Notes: a model not told the origin generated them from the sequence alone. DNA of 64,000 bases from Mobula hypostoma (GCF_963921235.1 NC_086097.1:200076001-200140000); one strand, 5' to 3'. Counted from the stretch's first letter, positions 1-14,826 are shown. Numbers and translations: made by a program.

Positions 1-484
1 ATTGCAAAAGGGATATGAGAGGATCATGGGACATGAGGCCCAGGGAGAAGGAAAAGGGGGAGGGGGGAAAACCCAGAGGATGGGCAAGGGGCATAGTGAG
101 AGGGACAGAGGAAGAAAAAGGAGAGAGAGAGAGAGAAAAAACGTGTGTATATAAATAAGTAACGGATGGGGTATGAGGGGGAGGTGGGGCATTAGCGGAA
201 GTTTGAGAAGTCCATGTTCATGCCATCAGGTTGGAGGCTACCCAGACGGAATATAAGGGGTTGTTCCTCCAAACTGTGTGTGGCTTCATCTTTACAGTAG
301 AGGACGCCGTGGATAGATATATCAGAATGGGGCGGACAGAGAGTAGGTGTTCAGCAAAACGATCTCCCAGTCTGTGTCAGGTCTCGCCAATATATAGAAG
401 GCCACATCGGGAGCACCGAATGCAGTATATCACCCCAGCCGAATCACAGGTGAAGTGTCATCTCACCTGGAAGGACTGTCTGGG
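1..484 (-). mobile_element. Penelope-like element fragment (GIY-YIG endonuclease C-terminus plus purine/pyrimidine-biased 3' region), cut by the window edge
   Basis: Reverse complement of ~195-275 matches the LEEQHLIFRLGSLQPDGMN coding segment seen at 42190-42275. Confidence 0.75.
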
Positions 485-3400
485 GAATTTGTTCGTGGTA
501 CTCAAGATCATAGAATTTTAAAGGAGTAGAACACAGAACGTAGAACAGTTTAGCATAGTATGGGCCTTTTGGTCCATGATGTTGTGCTAACCTATGCAAA
601 CATTCCAAAATCAAACTAACACTTCTCTCCTACATTGCTTGTAACTCTCAATTTTTCTTACATCAACATGCCTTTTTGAGAGCCTTTTAAATGTTCTTAT
701 AGTATCAGCCTCTACACCACCCATGGCAGTGCATCCTAGACATCCACCACTCTTTGAAAACCTACCTCTGACATCTCCCCAAAACATTCCTCCACTGACC
801 TCATAAGGACCTCCTCTGTTATTGGCTATTACTGCGCTGTGGACCCAAGCTCCATCCTAACCACCTTATGATTGTCAAGAGCCCTGTCTAACTATTGCTT
901 CTTAAACCTTAAGTTTGCTTCTTTTTTTCTCTAGACTAAATGTTCCACCTCTCTTGTCAACCATGGGTCCTTCATCCTTTCCCTGTCTCAACTGGACAAA
1001 CTTATCCAGAACTCCATGCAAGCAGTCCTTAAATAACCTCTATGCTTCTACTCTGCATTTCCCTAAGAACATCACTTCCCGATATACACCCCCAATCTCA
1101 TACTTGATATCATTGTAAATGAGGAGTAAACGGGGAAAAATTATTTTTAGTAGTTGCAAAGTTGACAACCAATTGCCACAGATGAAGATTAGGAACGTAG
1201 TGCTTGAGGGAGCAGTAGAAACATATTCTATAATGTTTCAACGTGGAATTGGTTAATCATTAGAAAAAGTGATATATCAGTCATGGAGTGATACAGCAGG
1301 GAAACACACCTTTTGGACTACCATGCCCACGCCAACCAAGGTGCCCTCCTGAGCTAGTCCCATCTGCCAGCATTTGGTCCATATTCCTCTAATCCTTTCC
1401 TATCCAAATTTATATTATATATTGTCATTGTACCCAGCTCTATCAATTTCCCTGACAGCTTATTCCATGTACCCAGCACCCTCAGTGTGATGTCCTGCTA
1501 TCTCACATTAAACTAATGCCTTCGAATTTCTGGACATCTCTGCCCTTGGAAAGATCTGTGACCATCCACCATTATTACCTATGCCTCACTGCAGAAAAGA
1601 AGTCGGGAAAGAGAAGGGTGTGACTGATCAGTTTAAAAGATTCGTTGTACAGACAAGGGAGCAAATTACCTCATTTTTTGCTCTATCATTCCATGGTCCT
1701 TAGACATTTGAGAACTCTGCAGGCAAAGACATAGCGGAAGCAAACAGCAGGTTTCAGTATAAAAGAGATGGAGAGATTTCTCAATGCGGAAAATGCATCA
1801 GTGAATATGTTTTTGAAAATAAAAGCAGAAGTGGAGCTGAAGTCCAGATAACATTTAAGAAGCAGTCAGATGCTGCAAATGTCATTCAGAATGGTTGAGC
1901 AGAAATGAGATTAGTTACTCTCTTCATCTGTAATTATGTTTGATTGGGTAATCTTGCAGAAAGTATTTTAAAGCCAGAGCATCCAAGGACAGAAAGCTAA
2001 TGAAGATTGGTGAGAATTGGGGTGATTGGTGACAACGTACCTGCAGCAACAAGCAAACACAGCCTTTTTTTTATAAATGGAAGTTGATGTCAAATATTTC
2101 CACAGAGTGGTGAGATGCTTGATTAATGTACGTACATAAATTGGATACTTACAATTTAAGTGAAAACCAAATTTACAATTTGATGATCCACTAATCCTAT
2201 TTCCCCCTCCCCTGAATGTATCTTTTGCCTTGTGCTGTCATTCTTTGCTATTTATTCTCTGTTATTTTCTATAATAGCACAGACCATCCATCTGCTCTTT
2301 CCTCACCTCACATTTTCTCTGCAACAAAACCTGCTTATCCATGTCTTTTACCTCTGTGTGAAATGCCAACCCTAACTCTCTCTGCAAAAATGTTACCCAA
2401 AATGTTATGTCTTACAGCAATTCCTGTTTTAAATTTAATACTTATTTAGAAGGCTGAAAAAGTGATTTACTAATCCAAGAGACTCCTTAACATTTGATGA
2501 AGGCCAGTGAAGCTGAATTGCTCCCCCAGCTATTCAAGATAGCATTTAACATTTCCCCAATGCCCATAATTGCTGGTCTTGCCATGGTGCATGTTATCAC
2601 TAGTTTCCTCTCTTCATTTCATGGCTCTCATTCCACTTTGGGTCATGGACATTTCCTTTCTTTATACCAGAGTACCTCATCCAGAGTCAAAATCAGAATA
2701 ATCACTGACTTGTTCTTCAGTGGCAACAAGACAGTGCAAGACCTAGCTGCACATTGAAAGGCATCCATCACTATCATCTGACAACACCCTATCATTGTGT
2801 TCTCACATGGTCTAGATCTAGGATCACCCTTCTCCTGATCCTCTGCGCTCCATCATGGGTTTCATTCAGATTCCCCTCCATAGATGCTGCCTGCCCTGCT
2901 GAGTTTCTCCAGCATTTTGTGTGTGTTGATTCAAATTCCTCTCATAGGTTTCTTCTCCAGGTTCCAAATCAAGAGCACATAATTTACAGGGATCCTGCTG
3001 GTGTGGCTTCCTACCCACCAGGTTGGCTGGGAGGGAATTAGAGCTAAAAAACATTGTCAGTGGTTTTGCAATTTCATATGGAAGATCCCCTGACTCTGAT
3101 CTCACTGGCTTCCCTGGCCACTTCCAGTCTCTCGTCATCTTGCACAGGTCTCAGGGGCTGCAGAATTGGGATTTTAATACAGGCAAAATGAAAGCATTGA
3201 ATTTACAAGTGTAGAGCTTATGAGAGGGGTGTAGGTAGGTGAGTTTTCAGAAGTGATATATTGATTTTGATAGTTGTGAGAATGCCATGTTTGAAGTTCA
3301 GGCCGGCTGCTGACAACTTCCTGTACCAATGGGTGCAGCTGGCGTGAGCTGCCAATATAAGGGATGGAGCTGTGTGCTAAGATCGAAGAGCTTTCCAGTA

Positions 3401-3544
3401 AACAAGAAAGATGTATCCCTCTCAAGGATAGGAAATAGGGTAGTTTTACCACAAAATCCATAGCAAGAAAAACCAGCAGGGTAGAAGTAGACAGCCTGTG
3501 TACTACTATCAACTGTTCCCCTTTCATTAGTGATGTCAGTTACA

Positions 3545-3713
3545 CAGGCAGCAAAGTGGTGCCACAAGTAGAGCTTCCGGGTTCTCAGGTTCAATCCTGG
3601 TTTCCTGTGCTGTCTGTGTGGAGTTTGCATATTCTCCCTGTGGCCACGTGACTTTGGCAGGGTTCACCACTTCACTCCCACTTGACAAAGATATATTGGT
3701 GGTAGGCTAAATC
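3545..3713 (+). mobile_element. tRNA-derived V-SINE/HE1-like SINE, 5' part
   Basis: B-box-like ggttcaatcc followed by tgtctgtgtggagtttgcatattctccctgtg; the body resumes at 4891 after a LINE insertion. Confidence 0.65.
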
Positions 3714-4890
3714 AATCAGAATTGGAATCAGAATCAGGTTTAGTATCATCGGCATGCAGTATGTCATGAGATTTGTTAACTTAGCAGCAGCAGAACATGA
3801 TCATATAGGGAAAATATGTAAATCAATTACATATATATGTACATTAAATAGTATACAGTAAGTATATATATGTATATTAAATAGTTAAATTAAAAATAGT
3901 GTAAAACAGAAATAATAAAAGTGAGGTAGAGTTCATGGGGTCAATGTCCATTTAGGAATCGGATGGCAGAAGGGAAGAAACTGTCCCTGAATCACTGAGT
4001 ATGTGCCTTCAGGCTTCTGTACCTGCTACCTGATGGTAACAATGAGAAGAGGGCATGCCCTGGGAGATAGGGCCCTTAATGATGGACGTCGCCTTTCTGA
4101 CACACCGCTCCTTGAAGATGTCTTGGATACCAAGGTGGAGCACGCTAATTTTACAACTTTCTGAAGCTTTTTTTGATCCTGTGCAGTAGCCCCCACTTCC
4201 CCCCACCCCCATACCAGACGGTGATGCAGGCAGTCAGAATGCTCTCCGTAGTACGTCTGTAGAAGTTTTCGAGTGTCTTAGGTGACAAACCAAATCTCCT
4301 CAAACTCCTAATGAAATATAGCCTCTGTCTTTCCTTCTTTATAGCTGCATTGATATGTTGGGACTAGGTTAAATCCTTAAGAGATCTTGACACCGAGGAA
4401 CTTGCAATTACTCACACTCTCCACTTCTGATCCCTCTGTGAGGATTGGTTCGTGATCCCTTGTCCTACTCTTTCTGAAGTCTGAAGTTCAGATTCAGTTC
4501 TTCTTTCATCTTACTGACACTGAGCACAAGGTTGTTGCTGTGACACCACTCGACTCGCTGATGTATACCCTCTCATCTCCATCTGAGATTCTGCCAACAA
4601 TGTTTGTATCATCAGCAAATCTATAGATGGCATTTGAGCTATCCCTAGCTACACAGTCATGGTATAGAAAGAGTAGAGAAGTGGGCCAAGCACATATCCC
4701 TGAGGTGCACCAGTGTTGATCATCAGTGAGGAGGAGTTATTGATACCAATCCACACAGATTGTGGTCTTCCGGTTGGGAAGTCGAGGATCCAATTGCAGA
4801 GGGAAGTACAGAGACCCGGGTTCCATAGCTTATTGATCAGGACTGTAGGAATGATGGTGTTAAACACTAAGCTATAATCAATGAACAGCA
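3714..4890 (-). mobile_element. Rex1/Babar LINE, 5'-truncated, inserted into a SINE
   Basis: RT fragment [15 protein letters not shown]...CNWILDF..RPQSV..GAPQG, FADD downstream, and a (CTGATT)n-like tail at 3714-3737. Confidence 0.85.
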
Positions 4891-4990
4891 AATGGCCACT
4901 GTAAATTCCCCGTGGTGCATTGGTGAGTGGTACAATACTGGGGAAGTTGGTGAGAATGTGGGGAGAATAGGTTAAGGGGGATTAGTACAA
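4891..4990 (+). mobile_element. V-SINE/HE1-like SINE, 3' part
   Basis: aatggccactgtaaattcccc continues the SINE body broken at 3713. Confidence 0.55.
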
Positions 4991-6485
4991 GAATGAAATT
5001 GTTCTGTGAATCAACCTAGCCATAAAACTCTCCTTTTCTGGGGTAAGAAAATTTAGAATATGTACAGTGGTGGCCAAGGTGCTCATTGTAGTGGTTGAGC
5101 TGGGTGATCTCCAAAATTAGATAAGTAATCAAAATGCATTTTGTTTTTGATCTCCCTACCTGGGCAGATGGAATGCAATAGGTTGTCTTCAAAGTAAGGA
5201 TGTAAACTGCATTGGTCCGCCAACTCTTATCAGTCCCATTCAAGCAATGTAGTTTGTGATGTCTGAGGCCAAGTGATTTAGCATTAGTTAGCATCCATAC
5301 ACCTGATAAAATACTACGTCCAAAAGATTTTCCCTCATAGTAAAAGTTGCTTCAGCAGTATACATGATGGAATCAAGCTAAACTAAAAGTAGATAAGCGA
5401 GGCTGTTGAAGTCTTGTACAGTCTATGCAGATGGTGGAAGGTGAGTGAGAGTGGTGCAGCTGTCACAGTTATAAGTAAGTTATAGGAGTCTGACTAATAT
5501 TCCAATCTCTCTCTGCTTGGCTGAATTAAATTTATAAATTTAAATTTGTGCAATCATTGATGAACCTATGTATCCCATTATCCTGCGATGAAGTCATTGA
5601 AATACCAGCAGGAGGTGTTCTTATTCTACCTTAATTTACTGTTCAGTAAATATTTAGCAAGATGCACAATTCAGTCACTTGCTTCAGCTAACAATCAAAT
5701 AACTTTTCTAAATATCACTGAAACAGAAAGGTTCCTCACTTGTCATTTCAAATCAGATGTAAAGGAAATACATATTGATTTAACTAGATGGAGTAAAATT
5801 GCTGCAGGTCTATTTGCTGTATTGAAGGAGCTATGGAATTGTGATCAGTCTGATTTTAAAACCGTTTCCCTGAGAGTCATAAAGCACTACAGCATAGAAA
5901 CAGGCCCTTCAGTCCATCCAGTCTGTACTAAACTATTATTCTGTCTAAGGTGACAAAAGGTTGCTGTATCCCACGTGCTCCTGCCTCGTTTTGTCACACT
6001 GCAACCTTATCCTTCAATCTCTTTGAATTATGGAGGACAGCAGGTGTATAAATGTCTCTCTCCAGCAGACTTCATCATGATCATCATGACTCCAGTACTT
6101 CTACTATTTTTTAATGTTTCTTAATTGTACATATGATTTTTTTGTGTTCTATCACTGAGCAGCAGTGAACCATCTGACTGACCTATCAGAGTTCTCTTTG
6201 GGAACTGGTTGACTTGATCAGCATTTCTGATCTGGCTATTGTTCACGATTGCACTTAATAAAAAAACCCAACAGATAAACATTGATTGAAACTGTTAGAA
6301 TATGAACTCAGAGGAGCTGACACCTTGTCATGGTTTTGAATTTGTGTACAATTGAAGGATCTTGGGGGAAGGATTTTAACCTTAAAAGTTAGCACACTAA
6401 CAGTTAAAATGTTGTTAAGACTGACATCATTGGATTCATTTTAGCAAATATGAGCTGAAACTGCAGAATATTCTGGTTGATTGGG

Positions 6486-7500
6486 TTATAAGACCATAAG
6501 GCCATAAGACAGAGGAGCTGAATTAAGCCATTTGGTCCCTCAAGTTTGATCGACCATTTCATCATACTGATCGCTTTTCCCACTCAGCCCCAATCTCCTG
6601 CCTTCTCCATGTATTCCTTCATGCCATGACCAGTCAAGTATCTATCAACTTCTGCCTTAAATACACATAAAGACTTGCCTGTGCAACAAATTCCACAGAT
6701 AAACCACTCGCTGGTTAAAGAAATTCCTCACCATCTCCATTCTAAAAGGACACCCCTCTATTCTGCTGCTGTCCCCTCTGGTCCTAGACTCCCTCACCAT
6801 TGGAAACATTTTCTCCACATCCACTCTATCAAGGCCTTTCACCATTTGATAGGTTTCAATTAGGTCACCCCTCATTCTTCTGAATTCTAGTGAATACAGG
6901 CCCAGAGGCATCAAACGTTCTTCACATGATAATCGTTCAATCCCGGAATCATTTTCCTGAATCTCCTTTGAACCCTCTCCAGTTTCAACACATCCTTTCT
7001 AAGACAAGGAGGCCAAAAATAGCCAAGTAAGGCCTCACCAGTGCTTTATAAAGCCTCAGCATTACATCCTTGTTTTTATATTCTAGTCCTCTTGAAATGA
7101 ATTCTAACATTGCATTTACCTTCCTCACCACAGACTTAATCTACAAATTAACCTTTAGGGGATCCTGTCCCAAGGACTCCTAAGTTCCTTTGCACCTCAG
7201 ATTTTTGAATTTTCTCTCCATTTATTTTAATTTCCCATTCAAGGTCATTAAAGTACTTATTATTATTTAGAAAGTAGTCTACTCTTTTATTTCTTCAATG
7301 AAAGTGCATGATCATATGCTTCCTGACACTGTATTCCATCTGCCGTTTCTTTGCCCATTCTCCTAATCTGTTTAAGTCCTTCTGTAGCGAGTTTACTTAC
7401 TAAAAACTATCTACCCCTCCACCTATCTTTGTATCATCTGTAAACTTTGCAAAAAAGCCATCAATTCTGTCATCCAAATCATTGACAGATAACATAAGAA
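6486..7500 (-). mobile_element. CR1 LINE 3' fragment
   Basis: LGLYSLEFRRMRGDLIETY C-terminal motif, decayed FADD-region RT, and a (ataagacc)-type tail at the left end. Confidence 0.9.
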
Positions 7501-9654
7501 GAAGTTATAGCTGGTCAGGTGACTTTGCAAAGGGCAAATAACTAGAGGTATTGAACTGGCCACACAGTCAGTTTTATAATTGTATTGTTTTGCTGTATTC
7601 ATTGCACACTTATTCACCACAATAAAACAAAAGAGGCCTCTGGGCTTTATATCTCCCATGTGTCAGACTCTGTATTGAGGAAAGAGCAGCACCATACTTT
7701 AAATCAACTAAAAGCATGAATAGCCATTTAATTACCTGAGTTATTATTGAAAAAGAGTAATAAATTACAATAACAGTTCAGAAATTTGGTATTCTGTGGC
7801 AAACAACTCACTTCCTGACCTCTAAAGCCTTTACATGATCTTTAGGGAAAAGTCAGGAGTGTGATGGAATTACATCCCACTTGTCTGGGTGAATACATTT
7901 CAGAGATGAATTACTTGGTAGGCTCTTTGGAAGATGTCATCAGAATCACAGAGGAAAAGGCTGGAGAATTGAAAGTTAGAAGAAGGGATTTGAAAAGGCA
8001 CTATTTCAACTACAGAAAGGCAAAGAGATTAAAAAAGACAGAACATTGGAGAAAGTGAGTATCAAGTCTAGAGGTACGGTCAAAAGGAGCACAATACTGG
8101 AAGTGAGAATTTTAACCGATATGGTGACACAAGAAGCGATTAGGAAAGGCTTCCTAGTTATGTAGTTAACTATAGTTACCTAGTTAAGCAGGAAATAGAG
8201 AGAAATCAATATGAAGAATTAAAATCAGCTGGTCCCTGACAAGACTAAGTTGATGTAGGTAGGGTAAAACTGACATGAAGCACCGATAAACTATAATCCA
8301 TATTTGGAGCCAGGTGTGATGAGTCAGAAGCAGTTTGAAGGGCACATTCATGTTTAATGAGCTGAAGAAAATATTTCTGTGAGAGCAAAGAAACAGGAGA
8401 TTGACTAAATTGGTTGTGGCAAAGAAGAACATTGAGATGGTAGAGATCAATATAAAAACCAAACAAGTGTGGAGAAATGTAACTCAGGCCAGCAGTGAGA
8501 CTGCTCGGGCCAATTGGCAGCGTGCAGCTAAAACATCAGTGGACAGTCACTGATCAGTGTAGGATGGCAACCTCAGGAATATAATGCGAAGCTGATCAAA
8601 ATTGTACCATAAGACCATTAGTCATAAGAGCAGAGTTAGGCCATTCGGTCCATCAGGTCTGCTCCGCCATTTAATCAGAGCTGATTTACTTTCCCTCTCA
8701 ACCCCATGCAAATATACATTCAAATTGAGTAGCAGATGGCAGATTCGCATGCCAGATTTGGCAGACCGTATTCTAGTGCTGCTATTGTGTCTTAATAGCC
8801 ATGCAAATTCAGATACAGTATTCAGCCACTATTTTTTTAATGTAAAAGATGTAATGGTCACTGAAGAAACAAAAGGGCAAAGCCAGCAAGTGGCAATTTA
8901 AACTAGGAACTTATCTTAGTTAGGCCTTACATTGTGGAAAAAAGGAGAGAAAGAACAAATAAGTTTCATGCAAGGGAGTGTGCAGTAAAGAGAGCTGGAT
9001 GTTTAGGACAATGAGTGACCCGTTATTGAGAGTTGTGGAATACATGTAGACCTATGATCTTAGAATTTAAGGGGTATGATACATTTGTTTTCTGATATCT
9101 ATTAGGGTATCAGCAGCTACTGTAGCTTCCTTCTCCTATGAACAACCCTTCCTTGTCAAACCAAGGTAACAAGGATCATTATTGAAAAGCAAATGCATCA
9201 TGTATTACTTGAGTACAATAGGTCATCATTAGAGTATTCTTTTCCAATGGCCCAGGCACAGATTCACGCAATAGGCAGTAACGTGGACAGTGATTTTTAT
9301 GCTTCCATAGGTATGAACTTGGGCTTTTGAAAAGGCATCAGTAACTGAACCTTAATTACTTCCACAATTTGGCCATATGACCATAAGGCATAGGAGCAGA
9401 ATGATTCTTGAATTTGACCCATTGAATCACCCATGCTATTCCATCACGGCTGATTTATTATCCCTCTGAACCCCATTCTTCTGCCTTCTTCCCATAACCT
9501 TTGACGCCCTGACTAATCAAGAACCCATCAACCTCCACAGCAGTCTAAGGCAATTCACCACCCTTTGGCTAAAGCCACAATCGGCATTGCGATTAGTAAA
9601 AAAAAGTAACCAACATCATTAACAGTCAGAATCAATCACCCCTTGAATCTCCTA

Positions 9655-9860
9655 CCCACTTACAAGCCTTTCTTACCTATCACCTAGCAGTTTGTACTCC
9701 TTCCCCTCCCTTCTCCTTCCGATTATTCTGGCTTCTGCTTCCTTCCTTCCTAGTGCTGACGAAGGACCTTGCCCCAACATGCCGACTGCTTATTCTCCTC
9801 CACAGATGCTGGCTGACTTGCTGACCTGCTGTCTTCCACCAGAATTCTGCGTGTGTAACT
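9655..9860 (+). mobile_element. Penelope-derived 3' repeat with decayed hammerhead-like core
   Basis: tgctgacgaagg...gatgctg..tgacttgctgacc...ccaccagaattctgcgtgt resembles 42570-42670. Confidence 0.55.
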
Positions 9861-12800
9861 TCTTGATGTACTGAAATGTTACTTGTATTTACTGGAAGCA
9901 ATGACTGCAATAAATTGGACCGAAAGTATCACCATAATGCCCCTTCCTTGCTATCAAATAAGTGGGTAAAGATATTATCCATTGAAACATACAAAACTTA
10001 TGGGTTTTACAGTGCAAATGCAAGAATATTGTTCCTTCTGAAAGCAGAACCTGAAACTAAGTATTAATCTCAAAATAAAGTTACTCATTCAGGACTGAGA
10101 TAATAAAGTTACCCATTTGGGACTGAGATGAAATTTCTTCACTCAGAAGGTGGAGAATCCTTCAAATTCTCTATGGCAGAGGCAGTAGACTCCTTATCTC
10201 TAAATGATTTATGGATATTATAGGAATAAAGTAAATGGGGTTAGTACAGGAAAGTTGTCATGACTGTACTGAATGTCAGAAGGGATAGCAGCCTAGTCCT
10301 GTTTCTTTGTTCCTATGTTCCTGTGTATCTAGGTTATCAATGGTGGTCTTGATTGGATTGCAGATGTTGGATGGAAGTCCACTGATGACTTGCTCAACCA
10401 AAATATCTAGGCCTACACTCTTCTCTGAATTCTAAGTGTTTTTTCCTGATTCAAGGACACTGTTGGAACAAACCAAAGAGCAAGAAAGCATGGGAAGCAA
10501 TATTTACATCGCAGCAGCAGTCTGTTACAAGTGATAAAGCTGGCATGCCTCATATTGCTACCAAAAGCCCAGTGACTTTTGGGATTAATACAGTTCAACT
10601 GTTTTGGCTGCCAGCAACTGGGACGTATGTGTTAAACATAATATCTTCTGCATGGTAACACTTTGGACAAGAGAGGAAGTATTTACAGGTCAGGCATCAT
10701 GAACCAAGAGTTTGTAACCACACAGCTGGAGACACCTATCACATCACAGAAGCAACACCCATATACCTGGACAGCAAAATCATATTGAGTTAATTGTTAA
10801 GAAACTCGAGGAAGAGGACAGGTAATTAGAAGTGTTGAACAGCATTGGCAGCAACTGTTGGATTCAATGTGGGTAATCAGTAAAGTAAATTTTTGAAAGT
10901 ACCTTGATGAACCAATTATATCTTGCTTTACCTTAACCTACAAGCAAGTCAGCATTCCTTTTTACTAATCTTACTTTTTCATAATCTATCTTTATCATCA
11001 TGATACTCCCCTTCTGGTACAGTTCTAATATAATCTGATTCTGCCCATGGATAAACGCACTGTAGAAATACTTATAGTCTCTCCTGGAGAGGCAAACATG
11101 TTAATACTTCTGCCATTGCTTCAAGCAGAACCATAGACGCTGGCAATGATACACACCAACCCTAACTTTGTTGCTCCTAGCTCTCTCCAATTATTGTGAG
11201 CTTTGATGTATACTGTTCATGCCTTGCATAATCTGAACTTTATTGCTTGGAAATAGTAAATATAATAATGACAGAATTTTCTCCTAGCATACACATAGCA
11301 TTATTATTTGATATCTGTTTCTAATTCACCATTCCTTATTTATAATACAAATGTTTGCTTACAACACTCTGCCATGATAACTTTTGGCACTCATATTAAG
11401 TGAATATTCAAAATTGAAAATACCCTTAGAATCAATGTTAACGAACTCTGCTAGCAGGATGCTTAATCGCAAGCTGCTGATGCTGAATGCAATTGCCCAC
11501 GTGGGTCCTCTATATCCTGCAGTATGATTGGCACCTAATACGTGAAATCCATTTGTTTAGGATATTAAAAATCAAAGAAGCTTGTAAAAAGTTACCAAAT
11601 GAAGCCTAACCTCTGTAACCGGCAGTCTTCCATTAAGTAGATTTTATATATTTTCATTAATCAAACACTGAAAATGAAAGAAGTGAGAAAGATCAACAAA
11701 CCTGGTAGCTTCATCCCCTTGATCTTTTCTTTAGAATTAACAAAGGGGAAAAAAGACAGTATTAATGCATTAACCTACAATCAGCCATAGACAGAGATTT
11801 TTAAAAAAGTTAAAAAAAAATACAACTACTGCACTGAATAGATTTTGTATCTTCCATTCAATCGTTCAACAAAATAATCTCAATAGCATAAATCATTGCT
11901 GTCTGTGAAGTGCAGTATAAATATTCATTTCCTATCTATCATACAGAATTCATGCAGTTGGATAGGTTTCCAATTGCATGCCAGTTTTTAAAATAAACCA
12001 GGTTGTCAGTGACAGACTACTCACATATTAGACCTCTTGGAACATATTGTGAAGAGTTGCAAAACAACTTGCATACAGAATTGATAAGGAGGTTTTGAGA
12101 GGTTTTTTTTGCTGTGCTCTAATGTTCACAATTATCCAAAATTGTTCCTCCCAGCCATAGGTCATCAAGAGAGCCACAAATAAGGAGGTCAGCAATTAAT
12201 TTACAAGGAGGTGTGAAAAGTCAGATAACCTTTCATTTGGGTTCGGGCTATTTAACTTCCTATGGGTTGAATTGACAGCTTCATTGCAGGAGGCCAGGCA
12301 ACATTTAATGCTCCACAGTTGAGGCAAGGAAAGCTGAATATTAATATAGATATGAACAAAAAGGTGATTTCAAAAAAATTAATCAATTAGGTCAAAATGT
12401 TTATAAAATGCTCATTCTTTGCTGGGTTGAAGTTCTTTTGATGCCTGGTAACCAGCAAGTCATTAATAGCAACAGAGCACTATTCACTCACATGGAGGGG
12501 TGCTGAATGTTGTCATCTGGTTCCTGCGGCAGACATCTTACCTTCAGCTTACACTTGTACCTCTGGTAAGTGTAACTGGTACCTCTGGCTTCAGACAAAA
12601 TTTCCACCCTTAATGGGGAATTATATATCTCCTACTACTTTGGCTGCAAGGGGTCATCAGAGTTCAGGTCTAGACTGATGTTTGGGGTTTTCTAGTTGCC
12701 TTGAATCTCTTTGAACAAGTTCAATCCAGTTTTGGAAGTTCAATAAAACTTTAAGTGCACTCTGATGCATCATTGAAGAGAATGAAGATGATTCATAACG

Positions 12801-13940
12801 CTCTCACTCTCTCTATTTTCTTTTGTATGCTCATGCACTGAGATTTACTCAGCCTGTGTTGCTGATCAGTCCTGCACTCTTCAATTGCCACTACAAAACA
12901 AAGGTGAGAGGGAAATCGAGGGAAAACTGCACTGATCGGAACAAGTCTCTTGGAATAGTAAGAAGCTGCTGGTGTTATGATTAACAACATTTTTCTGATT
13001 TTACATATAAAATATAAAAGCTTGAAGTACAATGCAAGAGATAGCATGGTTATTTATCTGCAAGCTCTGAGGTTGATGTTTGCATCAATTTTTCACTTCT
13101 GCCAAAACCATTTGCATTTTATTGTAACCTTCACTGGCAGTTTCAATCCCTGCACCCATAGTCGCATTATGTGGTACTCACCCAGTCAACACAGATATCG
13201 TCCAATCTGTGAGTAATAAACGCCTCACACATGAGCAGCCCTCCTTGGCAGCACTGAAGGACGATTACAGTATCTGCAGGTTACAGTGCACCAAAAGGCA
13301 CTACTCCTTCACTGCCTTTCTAGCAAACCTTTAGTAGTTCCCTTCAAATATTCCCCTCTAGCTATTTCAGGCACTTTAAATAGCTGCTTTGGAATGTTTT
13401 GACAGTTTAATTCTTAGCCATAGAATCAAGCAGCATGAAATAAAATCTTGGCCCCACTGTGCCTGCCTATACTAATCCCATTTTCCAGAATAGGCCTGCA
13501 GCCTTCTATGCCATAACATTTCAAGTGCTTATCCAAATACTACTTAAGTTTTGTGGGAGTATCTGCCTCCATTACCCCCAGTGGCAGCACATTGCAGATT
13601 TCAACCACTTTTCATGAAGGATGTTTCTCCTTAAACCTATGCCTTATCTCCTCTAAGGGGAAGTTTCTGACTTTTTATACTGCATACGTCACATTGTGTA
13701 TACCTCAATCCAGTCACCCCTCAGTCATCTCTGCTTCAGAAGTTCTGGTTCAAGGAAGCCCCTCTTACTCCCTTCACCCTCTCCATTTACCTCTAGATAC
13801 TTCAGCACAAAGAAGCACAAATGTACAGATGCTTCTGGTGAGAACTTTCTAATTTCCAACACCACGGCTATAGGAATCCATTACGAAAGTGTTGCTGAAA
13901 ACTCATTAACCTTGTTGACTATTTCAGGCAGTTCAATCCT

Positions 13941-14272
13941 ATATAAGACCATAAGATATAGGAGTAGAATTAGGCCATTCAGCCCATTGAGACTGTTCTG
14001 CCATTCTATTATGGCTGATTTATTATCTCCTTCAACCCCATGTTCCTGCCTTCTCCCTGTAACCTTTGATATCCTTACTAATCAAGAACCTATCCAACCT
14101 CTGCTTTAAATATCTCCAATTACTTGGCCTCCATTGCTGTCCCGGGCAATGAATTCCACAGATTCACCACCCTCTGGCTGAAGAAATTCCTCCCCATCTC
14201 TGCTCTAGAGGGTCGGTCCTTGTATTTTGAGGCGGTGCCCTCAAGTCCTAGACTCCCCCGCTATAGGAACCA
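13941..14272 (-). mobile_element. CR1 LINE 3' end
   Basis: ataagaccataagatataggag tail and 3' UTR shared with 6486, 25783 and 28100. Confidence 0.85.
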
Positions 14273-14826
14273 TATTAATAGTGTATAAACAGAATGGATC
14301 ACTCGCATACCTTTTTTATCTCTTATTAATGTATGATTTGGTAACTAACTGTGATACAAATCGTGTTTCCTTTAAGATCAGAAGCAGATCATAGACCTTC
14401 CTATTAAGCAAAATACTTCCTCAACATTTTTTAAAGCATTGCTCAGGTGTCCATGCAGAAGGGATTATCAATATGTGGCAAATCAAAACTGAATCTAATT
14501 ACCATCCCTCTTCCTATATATTCTGAACCCTTTAGAGGGAACTCTGAATAGATCTCACTCTGCAGTATAGCTTCCCCGAGTTCTTGCTGATGTCAAGGTC
14601 CTTCACACATGGCAAGCAAGCACTGGAAGCTCTAGCCTGTAGCAGGCAGAGGCAGACATTGAAAGACATGGGTTGTAGAGGAGATCTGCTGTTTGCGATT
14701 GATTATCAACAATGGACACATTGCTGTGCTCCTAACTCAGCTAGTGATTCACTTCCCCAAGGTACTTACTCATCCTCAGCATTACAGTCTGCAAACTTAG
14801 GCTTTGTTGGTTCTGAGTCAGAACAC

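Noticed and set aside
2030..2065. tgtttgcttgttgctgcag|gtacgt as a recursive splice site
   Set aside because: Moderate pyrimidine tract; such motifs arise by chance in 64 kb; no supporting evidence.
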